DNA from: an uncultured Spirochaetaceae bacterium
Lineage (GTDB): Bacteria > Spirochaetota > Spirochaetia > Sphaerochaetales > Sphaerochaetaceae
Reading direction: 5' to 3'
Assembly: GCA_964453215.1 (NCBI GenBank)
Contig: CAYVRR010000003.1
Location: forward strand, 8,655-72,654
Length of the DNA: 64,000 nucleotides
Shown here: piece by piece, positions 1 to 9,741 of the stretch
Layout: each line of letters opens with the position of its first letter
How positions within the stretch are numbered: the stretch's first letter is position 1
Translations under genes and position numbers: made by a program
Notes under the pieces: generated by a model
Told to the model about the DNA's origin: nothing
Seen by the model: only the letters and a program-made list of their open reading frames with translations
The model's database searches: none

Positions 1-33
1 AAAGCTGCTAATGCTGCTTTTGATGAAGAATAA
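1..33 (+). CDS. 3' end of an unidentified CDS entering the window (...KAANAAFDEE*)
   Basis: Open frame from base 1 to TAA at 31-33, followed by a hairpin terminator. Too short to identify. Confidence 0.3.
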   Translation, partial: KAANAAFDEE

Positions 34-58
34 AAAGAAATTAGGTATATATCATGTA

Positions 59-96
59 GTGGGTAAGGGTTTTTCCTTTACCCACTCTTTTTCTCT
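59..96 (+). terminator. Rho-independent terminator of the upstream + strand gene
   Basis: 11-bp stem GTGGGTAAGGG / CCTTTACCCAC (one G-U pair), TTTTT loop, then TCTTTTTCT. Overlaps the stop-codon end of convergent trmB. Confidence 0.6.
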
Positions 97-791
97 ACCC
101 ACACTTCAAATATCTTATGCTCCTTAGCTAATCCCTTTTTCTCAAAGCTTGTTGTTGGTCGCCAAGAGATAGGATCACAAAACCCATTATAATTATTCAC
201 AAGTGAATCTACCCTTTGAAAGACATCAACCATTTGGTATGCATACTCTTGCCAGTCTGTTACACAGTAGATATATCCTTTACTTTTTAGCTTTCTTGAA
301 AGAAGGGTAGCAAATTCTGTTTGGATAAGGCGCCTCTTGTGATGCCTTTTTTTGGGCCAAGGGTCAGGAAAGAAGATATGAAATCCATCTACTGAATTAT
401 CTTCAATCATATCCTTTAGAACACTCACTGCATCAAAACGGATGAGTCGAAGGTTTTCTTTCTCATTTTTTCCCGCATAGTCGAGTAATTTAGTGAATCC
501 ACTTAAGAATACTTCAATTGCTAAAAAGTTTTTATCTATGTGCTCTGTTGCAATGCGCTTTGTTGCATCCCCCATTCCAAACCCAATTTCTATAATAAGG
601 GGTTTGTTTGTATCAAAATAGGGAGATAGATCTAACACTTCTTCTTTATATGGAATAACATACTCATCACTATATTTTTCAAGTGCCTCTTTTTGGTAGG
701 CTGAAAGGGCTCCTGTTCTTAGAACAAAGCTCTTAACACCCCGTTTTCCATCTGCTTCTTTTTTCTCTACTCGCGGTTTTTCTTTATTCAT
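78..791 (-). CDS. trmB: tRNA (guanine46-N7)-methyltransferase
   Basis: SAM-binding IEIGFGMGD and the TrmB hallmark FFPDPWPKKRHHKRRL in the 237-aa ORF. Confidence 0.85.
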   Translation of the reverse strand: MNKEKPRVEKKEADGKRGVKSFVLRTGALSAYQKEALEKYSDEYVIPYKEEVLDLSPYFDTNKPLIIEIGFGMGDATKRIATEHIDKNFLAIEVFLSGFTKLLDYAGKNEKENLRLIRFDAVSVLKDMIEDNSVDGFHIFFPDPWPKKRHHKRRLIQTEFATLLSRKLKSKGYIYCVTDWQEYAYQMVDVFQRVDSLVNNYNGFCDPISWRPTTSFEKKGLAKEHKIFEVWVEKKSG

Positions 792-808
792 CGTAACTCT
801 CTCATCTT

Positions 809-3800
809 TTATATGAGTCTTTGTAGCGTTTCTAAGATAAACACTGATTTATCTTTGAGTGAAACTGCATCTGTTTTTAGGATGAGAACATTCATCCTTT
901 TCGAGTCTAGTGAGACTTTTTTACTTCTTAGTCTCATTAATTCCATCACTTTATCGATTGAAATATCTTTTACTTTTCTAAAGGTAACATGAACAAGTCC
1001 ATTACGCTCTTTGAGATGTTGAATATTGAGTTGTTTGCAAATTATTTTTAACTCAGCAATATACATTAAATTGGTTACCACTTCTGGTGGAGTTCCAAAT
1101 CTCTCTAAAAGCTCCCCTCCTAATGAACCTAACTCTCCATCTGTTTTAATAGAGGCAATTTTTTTGTATATTTCAAATTTTACTGAAGGGTCACTAATAT
1201 ATGAATCTGGAATAAACCCTGAATAATCGAGTTCAAGGAATACTTCATCATCTATCACTTTATTATCTTTTGTTAAATCAGAAATTGCTTCATCAAGAAT
1301 TCTCATATACATATCTAGGCCAACAGAGGCAAGTTGTCCACTTTGTTCTCTTCCAAGTAAGTTTCCAGTTCCCCTAATTTCCATATCTTTCATCGCAATC
1401 TTAAACCCACTTCCTAAATCTGTGTGTTCGCTAATAACTTTTAGCCGTTTTATTGCAATTTCTGACATTTGAGCCATGGAAGGATAAAATAGATAGGCAT
1501 ATGCTTCTTTATCTCCTCGCCCCACTCTCCCCCTTAACTGATACAGTTGAGATATTCCATATCTATCTGCTCGGTCAATAATGATGGTGTTTACATTTGG
1601 AATATCTATTCCGTTCTCTATCAATGTTGTTGAAACAAGGACACTTGATCCCTGATGAACAAAGGTGTGCATCACATCTTCAATATGTTTTGCATCCATT
1701 CGACCATGAACCACATCAGCAACGAGTTCAGGGATCTCTTTGCGAAGCATCATCATCACTTCATCGAGGGTATTAATTCTATTATGGAGGTAAAATACTT
1801 GTCCATCTCGAGCAATCTCTTTTCGTATTGCCTCTACTATTCTTTTAATATTGTACTCTTCAATGATAGTTTTAATGGGGCGTCGCTGAATGGGAGGGGT
1901 TGTAAGGAGCGACATATCTCGTATTTTTAGTAAGGACATATAGAGAGTTCTCGGAATGGGAGTAGCCGATAGTGCAAGAGAGTCAATATTTGCTTTCAAC
2001 TCTTTTACCCGCTCTTTATCCTTTACTCCAAAACGCTGCTCTTCATCAATTATTAATAATCCTAAGTTCTTATAGACAACATCTTTTTGTAGGATACGGT
2101 GAGTTCCAACAAGGATATCTACCTCCCCCTCTTTTAGTCTCCTTAAAGTCTCTTTTTGTTCCTTCTTGGGAACAATTCGACTTAAAACTGCCCCCTGTAC
2201 AGGGAATTTGCCAAGACGCTTTACGAGAGTTTCATAATGTTGCTCTGCTAAAATGGTTGTTGGTGCCAAAAATGCTACCTGTTTACCTGCCATGACAGCT
2301 TTAAAGGCGGCCCGTAATGCAATTTCAGTTTTTCCATATCCCACATCACCACACACAAGGCGATCCATTACAGTGGTTGACTCCATATCCCTTTTTATAT
2401 CTTCTACACACACTAGTTGATCTTCTGTTTCAGAGTATGGAAATGATGCTTCAAACTCAAGCTGCCAATCTGTATCTTTAGGATATGCAAAACCTGTGCT
2501 ACTTTTTCTTTTCGCATAAAGTTCAATAAGACGAGAAGCTAATTGTTCAGCTGATTTTCTCGCTTTAGCTTTCTTGTTCTCCCACCCTTGGCCTCCGAGT
2601 CGATCAAGTTTGGGAGCTTTTCCTTCACTTCCAATATAACGTTGGATGAGGTTAGCTTGTTCAATGGGGACAAAAAGAATTTCCTTATCACCAAACTCAA
2701 TTTTTATATAATCTCTCTCTTTGCCACTCATGTTTACTCGATCAATTTTATCAAATCGACCAATTCCATAATTAATATGGACAACATAATCTCCGTGAGA
2801 GAGGTCAACAAAAGAATCTAGTGGGGATGATTGCACTTTATGGAGTGTGTTGGTGACAAGTTTGCGCCTACCAAATATTTCATGTTCACACAATACTGTC
2901 AGTTTTTCTGTGGCGACAGAAAACCCACCACTAATTTCATCTTCACTGATACTAAGCTCTGGAAATATTGAAAGCATTGAAGCAAGTCTCTTTTTTTGAA
3001 TGCTACTGCCTGCAAAAATGATCACTTTATAGTTATTTTTATATAAGTTGTTCAAATCTTCTTTTAAGAGGATAAAATTGCCAAAATAGGAGTGTGGTCC
3101 ATCAACATCAAAGCTATATGCCCCTTTTGTTTGCCCTTTCACATCGACTATTGTCGTGCTTCGAGTAATGCGCTCAATGAGAGATGGTACATCGGTAAGG
3201 ATACTATCTGGTTTTATTGAATTTGGATCTGCCAAAAATGCTTCTCTATAGAGAGCTTTTGCCTCAATAAGGAGAGAGTTGAATGAGGAGATGATTCTCT
3301 CTTTAGAGACAAAAAAGAAATAATCATCACTTTTTATATAATCTTCTATATATCCCCAGTTATTCATCTCATCTTGTTGAAGCAAGGTGCATGTAATACT
3401 GCTCACACTTTTTACCATATCTTGGGTGATAGGATCAAATAAAGTTATTTTTTCTATCTCATCCCATCCACCATGAATACGAACTGCTAATGAGTCGTTG
3501 TGAGGAAAGAAGTCAAAGATCTCTCCATGCACTGAGAACTCTCCCATAACTGTTGTACTAGGTGAGCGATAATACCCAGCTTGTGCTAAGGTTTCACTCA
3601 TCGATGTCGGATTAAAAGGGTCATGGATTCGAAATGTGATTTCAGACTCTTCAAGCATCTTTTTAGAAGGAACAGGGGAAGCAAAGGTACGTAATGGGAC
3701 AATAAAGATTCCTTGTTTTGTGTTGTGAACTTTTTGAAAGGCTGAAACAAGTTCATACTCATTATCACTTCCTTCAAAATTGCTATAAAGTTTTTTTCCA

Positions 3801-4066
3801 CTGGTGGGAATAAGGGAGCAAAGAGATCCTATTACAGAGAGATCTTGATAGAGTTCTTTAGCCATTTCACTTGTTGGAACTACAACCCACACCCTTTTGT
3901 TCAAAAATGTTTGATAAAGGTGCATCATATAGGAGAGGGGATATCCTTGAAGTCCCTCTACAAAGAGGGGGAGATGAGGATTTGCTGTAAATGCCTTGTA
4001 GCATAGACTCTTTTTGATATAAGATTGTAAGTGAGTATGGATAAGTTGTTTCATAGACGCACACAA
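809..4066 (-). CDS. mfd: Transcription-repair coupling factor Mfd
   Basis: 1085-aa ORF with GDYVVHINYGIGRF (RNAP-interaction region), Walker A GDVGYGKTE and a DEEQRFG helicase motif II. The codon at 4066 is TTG; an in-frame ATG at 4054 (MKQLIH) is an alternative start. Confidence 0.9.
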   Translation of the reverse strand: MCASMKQLIHTHLQSYIKKSLCYKAFTANPHLPLFVEGLQGYPLSYMMHLYQTFLNKRVWVVVPTSEMAKELYQDLSVIGSLCSLIPTSGKKLYSNFEGSDNEYELVSAFQKVHNTKQGIFIVPLRTFASPVPSKKMLEESEITFRIHDPFNPTSMSETLAQAGYYRSPSTTVMGEFSVHGEIFDFFPHNDSLAVRIHGGWDEIEKITLFDPITQDMVKSVSSITCTLLQQDEMNNWGYIEDYIKSDDYFFFVSKERIISSFNSLLIEAKALYREAFLADPNSIKPDSILTDVPSLIERITRSTTIVDVKGQTKGAYSFDVDGPHSYFGNFILLKEDLNNLYKNNYKVIIFAGSSIQKKRLASMLSIFPELSISEDEISGGFSVATEKLTVLCEHEIFGRRKLVTNTLHKVQSSPLDSFVDLSHGDYVVHINYGIGRFDKIDRVNMSGKERDYIKIEFGDKEILFVPIEQANLIQRYIGSEGKAPKLDRLGGQGWENKKAKARKSAEQLASRLIELYAKRKSSTGFAYPKDTDWQLEFEASFPYSETEDQLVCVEDIKRDMESTTVMDRLVCGDVGYGKTEIALRAAFKAVMAGKQVAFLAPTTILAEQHYETLVKRLGKFPVQGAVLSRIVPKKEQKETLRRLKEGEVDILVGTHRILQKDVVYKNLGLLIIDEEQRFGVKDKERVKELKANIDSLALSATPIPRTLYMSLLKIRDMSLLTTPPIQRRPIKTIIEEYNIKRIVEAIRKEIARDGQVFYLHNRINTLDEVMMMLRKEIPELVADVVHGRMDAKHIEDVMHTFVHQGSSVLVSTTLIENGIDIPNVNTIIIDRADRYGISQLYQLRGRVGRGDKEAYAYLFYPSMAQMSEIAIKRLKVISEHTDLGSGFKIAMKDMEIRGTGNLLGREQSGQLASVGLDMYMRILDEAISDLTKDNKVIDDEVFLELDYSGFIPDSYISDPSVKFEIYKKIASIKTDGELGSLGGELLERFGTPPEVVTNLMYIAELKIICKQLNIQHLKERNGLVHVTFRKVKDISIDKVMELMRLRSKKVSLDSKRMNVLILKTDAVSLKDKSVFILETLQRLI

Positions 4067-4093
4067 TCTACCACATAAAAGGAATAGTATTCA

Positions 4094-4885
4094 ATGGAGA
4101 TGTTTGACTTGTTGAGTGATAAAGTGATTGAGATGGGAGAGTATGCTTGTAATGCTCAAAAAGATATCACGGTGAACTATAAATTAGATGGATCAGCTAT
4201 CACTAAAACTGATGTATATATAGATGAACATTTAAAAAAGGCAATTTATGAAATATATGGGGATGTAAATATTATCAGCGAAGAGGCAGATTCTGAATTT
4301 AGTGATGATAAAAAATATACCTTTATTATCGACCCGATCGATGGAACTGATGCGTATAGTCAAGGACTTCCTGCCTGGTGTATTTCTGTTGGTATTTTGA
4401 ATAATAAAAGAGAGGCTGTTGGAGCTTTAGTCTATGCTCCTAGATGGGGGTTGTCTCGAGATGAGGGGCTATTTTTACACCTTAATCCTGGTGCAAAATT
4501 GATGATGAATAATAGTGAATATTCTCCCCGTCTAGCAACTCGTGAATTAGAACAAATCGCAATTGCTTCCAACACTCATAGATATATAGCAATGGAGAAA
4601 TATAAGGGGAAAATTCGCACCTTTGGTTCGAATATTCTTCACATGATAAGTCCCCTCATTCACCCCCATATTCAAGGTTCTATCTCTGTTCCATGCTTTG
4701 TGTGGGATGTAGCTGGCGCTCATGCTCTGTTAGCTGACCAAGGATTTACTACAGTATATGAAGATGAGTCCCCTTTCACCTACACAGATGTGCTCCTTAA
4801 AGAGAGGGGAATGTTTGAATCAATCATCTACAGTGGAACACATGAAGCTGTGAGTGAAATGAAAAGTTTGTTTCACCCCATTTAA
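4094..4885 (+). CDS. Inositol monophosphatase / CysQ-family phosphatase
   Basis: ISEEAD, DPIDGTDAY and WDVAGAHAL motifs typical of the IMPase/FBPase fold. Confidence 0.75.
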   Translation: MEMFDLLSDKVIEMGEYACNAQKDITVNYKLDGSAITKTDVYIDEHLKKAIYEIYGDVNIISEEADSEFSDDKKYTFIIDPIDGTDAYSQGLPAWCISVGILNNKREAVGALVYAPRWGLSRDEGLFLHLNPGAKLMMNNSEYSPRLATRELEQIAIASNTHRYIAMEKYKGKIRTFGSNILHMISPLIHPHIQGSISVPCFVWDVAGAHALLADQGFTTVYEDESPFTYTDVLLKERGMFESIIYSGTHEAVSEMKSLFHPI

Positions 4886-5565
4886 GTGAGGTTGTATTTT
4901 TTATACCAATGTGATGCTAAGTAGATAAATGGGGTATCTAAAAGTGCAACTACTATCTTTAACACATAGGTCGTAATAAAGATATCGATGAGAGTATTGG
5001 TTTCAAATACTCCATAAAAGGCAATCAGAGTAAAAATGAGTGAGTCGATGAGTTGACTTACAAGGGTTGAAAGATTATTTCTTACCCAAAGGTGTTTTTT
5101 TGATGGAAGTACCTTTTTTATTCTATGAAAGGCATAGATATCATGAAATTGACTCATTGCATAGGCAAGTAAACTCGCTATAGCTATTCGAGGCATAAGG
5201 GCAAAAATAGTTGTCATACTCTCATGGACAAAATCTGACTCACTTGGTCTAAACAACAGGGCAATATTCATCAATATTGTCATCACAATCATAGAGAAAA
5301 AGCCAATTGACACAGCTTTTGTCGCGTCTTCTTTCGTATAACATTCACTTAAGATATCGGTTGCTAAAAAACTTGTTGCGTAGACAATATTCCCAAGTGT
5401 TGCTGAGAGGGTAAATAGATCGACTGTTTTGGTGACTTGAATATTAGCAATAATGACAGATATGGGAATCCAAACAAAAAGACCAATTTTTCCCCATAAG
5501 CGAAAAGCAACCATAATAAAGATGAAATTGCAAAGAAGCATCACTACCCAAAATAGCTCATTCAT
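4882..5565 (-). CDS. YhhQ/VUT-family (DUF165) queuosine-precursor transporter-like membrane protein
   Basis: About six hydrophobic segments. HLWVRNNLSTLVSQLIDSLIF matches the conserved YhhQ-family block. 8-nt overlap with the upstream NTPase gene. Confidence 0.7.
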   Translation of the reverse strand: MNELFWVVMLLCNFIFIMVAFRLWGKIGLFVWIPISVIIANIQVTKTVDLFTLSATLGNIVYATSFLATDILSECYTKEDATKAVSIGFFSMIVMTILMNIALLFRPSESDFVHESMTTIFALMPRIAIASLLAYAMSQFHDIYAFHRIKKVLPSKKHLWVRNNLSTLVSQLIDSLIFTLIAFYGVFETNTLIDIFITTYVLKIVVALLDTPFIYLASHWYKKYNLT

Positions 5566-6088
5566 TCCCTAAGACCTCACGGTATGCTTCATCACTTGAT
5601 AAAGATGAACAAAGAGGGAGGACAGACTCTTCATGAATATCAAACATCTTATACACATGTTCAATATAGGGTGTTCTCACTATCATCATAATCGTCCCTT
5701 TATACTCAGATAGCGCGTGAAGGAGAGAGGGATAAAAGCCCCCTTTTTGAATCTCTAACTGCCCAACTTCATCAAAAATAAGGTAATCTGAGCTTTCAAA
5801 AGCTTTGATTGTTTGACTATTTGCCCAATTAAATGCTTCTTCATCGATATAAAACTTTCCAATTTTCTTATCGCTATTATGAAAATTCTCATCTAAGACA
5901 ACCTTACTATTACCTGTTAATTGATCACTTAAAGCGTATGAAGTTTTTGTTTCATGAGGGAGAGTGGGCACTTGAATCATTCCACCGATTGAGTAGCCAT
6001 CAAGGTCAAGAAGAGAACAAAGGGCATACATTAATCGAGTTTTCCCACTATGCTTTTCTCCACTAATCATAATAATTGGTTTTTTCAT
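5558..6088 (-). CDS. Small P-loop NTPase (THEP1/DUF2478-like)
   Basis: Walker A GEKHSGKT and Walker B LIFDEVG in 176 aa. ATGA overlap with the upstream gene. Confidence 0.6.
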   Translation of the reverse strand: MKKPIIMISGEKHSGKTRLMYALCSLLDLDGYSIGGMIQVPTLPHETKTSYALSDQLTGNSKVVLDENFHNSDKKIGKFYIDEEAFNWANSQTIKAFESSDYLIFDEVGQLEIQKGGFYPSLLHALSEYKGTIMMIVRTPYIEHVYKMFDIHEESVLPLCSSLSSDEAYREVLGNE

Positions 6089-6747
6089 TCCACAACATCT
6101 CCCAAAAAGCTTTGAAGAACGCTAAATGCATTCATAGAATCTACGCGTCGAATCACAAAGGTGAGTTCATTCATTGTAGAAATAATCTCATTCACATTGA
6201 TCTCTTCCCATGCAAGCTTTCTTACTGCCTCATACACAATTCCAGGAGTAGACATAAAGTCTCCACTAAAAACGAGTGAAAGGGCAACTAAATCTCCTTC
6301 AGAGTGGAGTATTGTCTCCCCTTCAAGGATACTCATGGCATCTTGAACATACTTTTCACTAATGGAGAGAGATATTTCATGAGATCCTATTGAGATATTT
6401 AAGAAATCTCCACTAGTTGGATCAACTAATGCAAATAATTCTTTCATTTTTTCTAACACTAATTTGTTTCTAGTGAGATTAATATCATAAATATTTGTTT
6501 TCATCACTATTTCATAGTGTAAAGGTTTACTTTTATGCTCTTTCTCTTTCTTTTTAAGTTCTTCCCCATACCTTCTTACGGCCATAACAATTGCAGAATT
6601 TTTAACAGGTTTTCCATGAAGTTTTTCTACTTGTGCTTGTATGCTCGAAGCGTAGTTAGAGTAGCTAAGGATTCCTTGAATAAGCATTTCATACAAAAAT
6701 GGGGTTCGATCAATGATTCTTTTTACCGAACTGCTCACAGATTCCAT
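6085..6747 (-). CDS. Hypothetical protein with a C-terminal aspartokinase-type ACT-like region
   Basis: The C-terminal segment DLVALSLVFSGDFMSTPGIVYEAVRKLAWEEINVNEIISTMNELTFVIRRVD follows the ACT repeat pattern of aspartokinases. The N-terminal half is unassigned. Confidence 0.45.
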   Translation of the reverse strand: MESVSSSVKRIIDRTPFLYEMLIQGILSYSNYASSIQAQVEKLHGKPVKNSAIVMAVRRYGEELKKKEKEHKSKPLHYEIVMKTNIYDINLTRNKLVLEKMKELFALVDPTSGDFLNISIGSHEISLSISEKYVQDAMSILEGETILHSEGDLVALSLVFSGDFMSTPGIVYEAVRKLAWEEINVNEIISTMNELTFVIRRVDSMNAFSVLQSFLGDVVE

Positions 6748-6929
6748 TTCTCACCTCTTCTTTTAGATATGTTATTATTAACACATTCAACTACTAATAA
6801 CAATATAAAATAACATTTTGTTTTAAATATTATAAATATTTTATTTTATTCTCCTCCACTTTTTATTGCATGGTAGGTAGCTAACACTACTAAGTTATGA
6901 TAAAATAATCTCTATAAAGGGTAAAAAAG

Positions 6930-7394
6930 ATGTTGTGTCCCCATTGCTCACATACAGATGATAAAGTATTAGAATCTCGCCAGAGTACGAGCGGTTCGAC
7001 AATCCGTCGTCGCCGTGAATGTCTCTCATGTGGCTACCGTTTTACCAGTTATGAGAGAATTGAAGAGAAGCCCATTATGGTAATAAAGAGGGATAATAGG
7101 AGAGAACCTTTCGACATTAAAAAGGTTGAAAGGGGAATTCGAATAACCACAGAAAAAAGAAATATCTCAAGTGAAGCTATTGAGCAGCTCCTCTCTCACA
7201 TTGAAGATGAGATTGTCTTACTAGCAAGTAATAAACGGGAAGTACTTTCAAAAACTATTGGTGAAGTTGCTTTAAAACACCTTTATAAGCTAGACACTGT
7301 TGCATATGTTAGATTTGCTTCAGTATATCGTGCGTTTAATTCAGTCGATCAGTTTATAGAAGAGATCGAGAGTATTACCAACACGATTGACTAA
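6930..7394 (+). CDS. nrdR: Transcriptional repressor NrdR
   Basis: N-terminal zinc ribbon CPHC...CLSCGYRFTSYE followed by an ATP-cone. 154 aa. Confidence 0.9.
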   Translation: MLCPHCSHTDDKVLESRQSTSGSTIRRRRECLSCGYRFTSYERIEEKPIMVIKRDNRREPFDIKKVERGIRITTEKRNISSEAIEQLLSHIEDEIVLLASNKREVLSKTIGEVALKHLYKLDTVAYVRFASVYRAFNSVDQFIEEIESITNTID

Positions 7395-7395
7395 A

Positions 7396-8556
7396 TCATC
7401 TCACATCAAACCATTTATGGGTAAAACTTCTTTCAACTTCATCATTAAGATGGTGGGGTTTTAATATTTCATCGGCACAATCTAGGGCAAAATTATCACT
7501 CATCCCTGCAATATAATCAAAAATGACTCTTTCATAGGTGCCATCAAATTTTTCATACCCCATTTTCATATCAATGAGATAGTGACTAAAGCCAATACTT
7601 AACATATTTTTTTCACTCACATAGAGGGATGTATCAAATTGGTATTGGCTAAAAAGATCATAGAGGTAGGTTGTTATAAGGGATAAGAGGCGATAAAAGT
7701 AATTTTTATACCCTTTTAATATTGGAGAGAGGTAGATATGTTCATAATTAAATTTTTTAAACTCTACAACTGCCCTAAATACTTCATCACTAAAAGTAAT
7801 ACCCGTTTGAGGAGTACTCATTGAGATGATGTCTTGAACGAGGGTGTCAATTATTTTAGAGTTAGTGTTTCCTAATACTTTTGAAATGGAGGGGGGGAGG
7901 TCCTCTTTTTTAACCACAGAGAGTCTACATGCATCTTCAAAGTCTCTTCCTAAATAGGCAATTTGGTCACTAAAGCGTACAACCACCCCTTCCCATGTAC
8001 TTGGAATAAGATTTTTTCTTGTTGTAATCTCTCTAAAATCTTTCAATGTATGATCTGGTTTGATAGTTTGTAAAAAAGTCTCCCCATTGTGACTCACAAT
8101 ACCATCTCTAACAGCGTGAGTGAGATTTAATCCAGTTCCATTACGAGCAAGAAAATCGACAATACGAAGGGAGTTTAACTCATGTTCAAAATGGTTTAAC
8201 CCTCTTTTATTCATCAATTCATTAATGATGCTCTCTCCCACATGGCCAAATGGTGTATGCCCTAAATCATGTCCCATCCCTATTGCCCAAGCAAGATCGG
8301 TATTTAGATGTAATCCCTGGCATATTGCACTGGCAATGGAGGCAACATGGAGAACATGTTCTATTCTGGTACAGATGTGATCGTTGGACGGAGCAAAAAA
8401 TACTTGTGTTTTATGTTTTAATCGACGAAAAGGGGAACTATGAATAATAGCTGTAGTATCTCTGTAGTAGGCACTACGAATATCACTTTTTCTTTCACTG
8501 ATTCGATACGTGAGGCTATTTTCATCTATGTGATTAATAAATGTTCCATCTTTCAT
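7396..8556 (-). CDS. dGTP triphosphohydrolase-like HD-domain protein
   Basis: HD-domain motifs RIEHVLHVASIA and GHDLGHTPFGH. Length and layout match the dGTPase-like family. Confidence 0.8.
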   Translation of the reverse strand: MKDGTFINHIDENSLTYRISERKSDIRSAYYRDTTAIIHSSPFRRLKHKTQVFFAPSNDHICTRIEHVLHVASIASAICQGLHLNTDLAWAIGMGHDLGHTPFGHVGESIINELMNKRGLNHFEHELNSLRIVDFLARNGTGLNLTHAVRDGIVSHNGETFLQTIKPDHTLKDFREITTRKNLIPSTWEGVVVRFSDQIAYLGRDFEDACRLSVVKKEDLPPSISKVLGNTNSKIIDTLVQDIISMSTPQTGITFSDEVFRAVVEFKKFNYEHIYLSPILKGYKNYFYRLLSLITTYLYDLFSQYQFDTSLYVSEKNMLSIGFSHYLIDMKMGYEKFDGTYERVIFDYIAGMSDNFALDCADEILKPHHLNDEVERSFTHKWFDVR

Positions 8557-9152
8557 CTCTATATTTCCTTTTACCTTTTATACCTGTTTTTCTCTACGAT
8601 GCTTTTCACCTTGCCATTTTGGCTTTTTACTTCCTTAAAGTTTTCAATAATGGTATCATGTTTTATATGTTGATGCTACTTGTTGCCATTGTTACGACAT
8701 TGTTATGTTTCCTCGCTGTGCTTACCTGCTTTTCTTTTTTCTTTTCAAATCAGAGGTGGCTATGGATTCTCCCCTTTGTCCTTTCAATTATGTTTTTTAT
8801 TATTAGTATTCCTCCCCTCTATCTTAATGCCACTAATTATCTAAGTGGCTCATACCAAGTATCTATATCGCCCGATAGATCTGTGAGGGAGATTTTTCCT
8901 TTAGCAATCGTGATATTATGGTATTTTATGATTTTAACGCTTCACTATGCCCTTAAGCAGGTGGTTAAAGATAACTCTTATTTATCAAACAAACAAAAAA
9001 ACCTTGATGAGTCGAGATATATTGAGAAAAAAGAGTTTTATGCTTACCAGATTCGTCAACTTTCTTTAAAAAAGCGACAAGTTGATATTGAGCAACAAAC
9101 TTCTGGTGATCTATATCCTATTAAATGGGTGACCTATTATGATGAGCACTAA
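8541..9152 (+). CDS. Hypothetical multi-pass membrane protein (start uncertain)
   Basis: Four to five hydrophobic segments followed by a charged tail. The 5' end overlaps the divergent dGTPase-like start, so an internal Met (8658-8673) is more likely. The 3' end overlaps the aroK start by 14 nt. Confidence 0.4.
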   Translation: MFHLSSLYFLLPFIPVFLYDAFHLAILAFYFLKVFNNGIMFYMLMLLVAIVTTLLCFLAVLTCFSFFFSNQRWLWILPFVLSIMFFIISIPPLYLNATNYLSGSYQVSISPDRSVREIFPLAIVILWYFMILTLHYALKQVVKDNSYLSNKQKNLDESRYIEKKEFYAYQIRQLSLKKRQVDIEQQTSGDLYPIKWVTYYDEH

Positions 9153-9741
9153 AGTGAGGATTTTCTTTCTCACTGGGATTAAACATAGTGGTAAAAGTAG
9201 TGTTGGATTGTATGCTTCCTCCCATATACAATGTGATAGAAAAGTCTATTTTGTTGATGTTGATGATCTCATTCTAGATCTCATTCACCCCCCTTTTTCT
9301 ACTATTAGAGAATTTTACCACAAAATGGGTAAAGAAGCTTTTATGAATGTAGAGCTACAAGCCCTCAAAACATACCTACAAGAGATAAAGAGGGAGGGTG
9401 TATATATTATTTCTCTCGGTGGTGGCTCTTGTGATAATAATGAGTTAGTAAATCTTATGAAAAAGAGTGGAACTATTCTCTACTTATCTGTACAGGAGGA
9501 GACTCTCCTTAAAAGAATTGTGAAAAATGGGGTTCCACCATTTCTAGATCCACATGATATAAAAAGATCATTTCACCACCTTTTTTGTAAAAGAGATGGG
9601 CAATATAGGAACATTTCTGATTTTGTGGTATCATTAGCAGATTTCGAATCAATTGAGAGTAATGGAAAGTTGTTAATAAGGTTCATTACTCAACTACTAG
9701 GAGATACTACATGGGTGGAAATACCTTTGGAACATCATTAA
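9139..9741 (+). CDS. aroK: Shikimate kinase
   Basis: P-loop GIKHSGKS, DVDDLI, GKEAFMNVELQAL and SLGGGS blocks in the usual shikimate kinase order. Confidence 0.7.
   Translation: MMSTKVRIFFLTGIKHSGKSSVGLYASSHIQCDRKVYFVDVDDLILDLIHPPFSTIREFYHKMGKEAFMNVELQALKTYLQEIKREGVYIISLGGGSCDNNELVNLMKKSGTILYLSVQEETLLKRIVKNGVPPFLDPHDIKRSFHHLFCKRDGQYRNISDFVVSLADFESIESNGKLLIRFITQLLGDTTWVEIPLEHH

Noticed and set aside
1026-4064. Seven short ORFs (65-107 aa) inside mfd: four antisense on the + strand (1026-1226, 1655-1930, 1972-2295, 2588-2821) and two in alternative frames on the - strand (3598-3801, 3867-4064).
   Set aside because: All lie entirely within a long, motif-rich Mfd ORF. They have no Shine-Dalgarno sequence and low-complexity translations, so they are shadow ORFs.
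6748-6929. NrdR box or autoregulatory site upstream of nrdR (for example around CTAACACTACTAAGTT).
   Set aside because: It is only a partial match to the palindromic NrdR-box consensus and there is no tandem second box.
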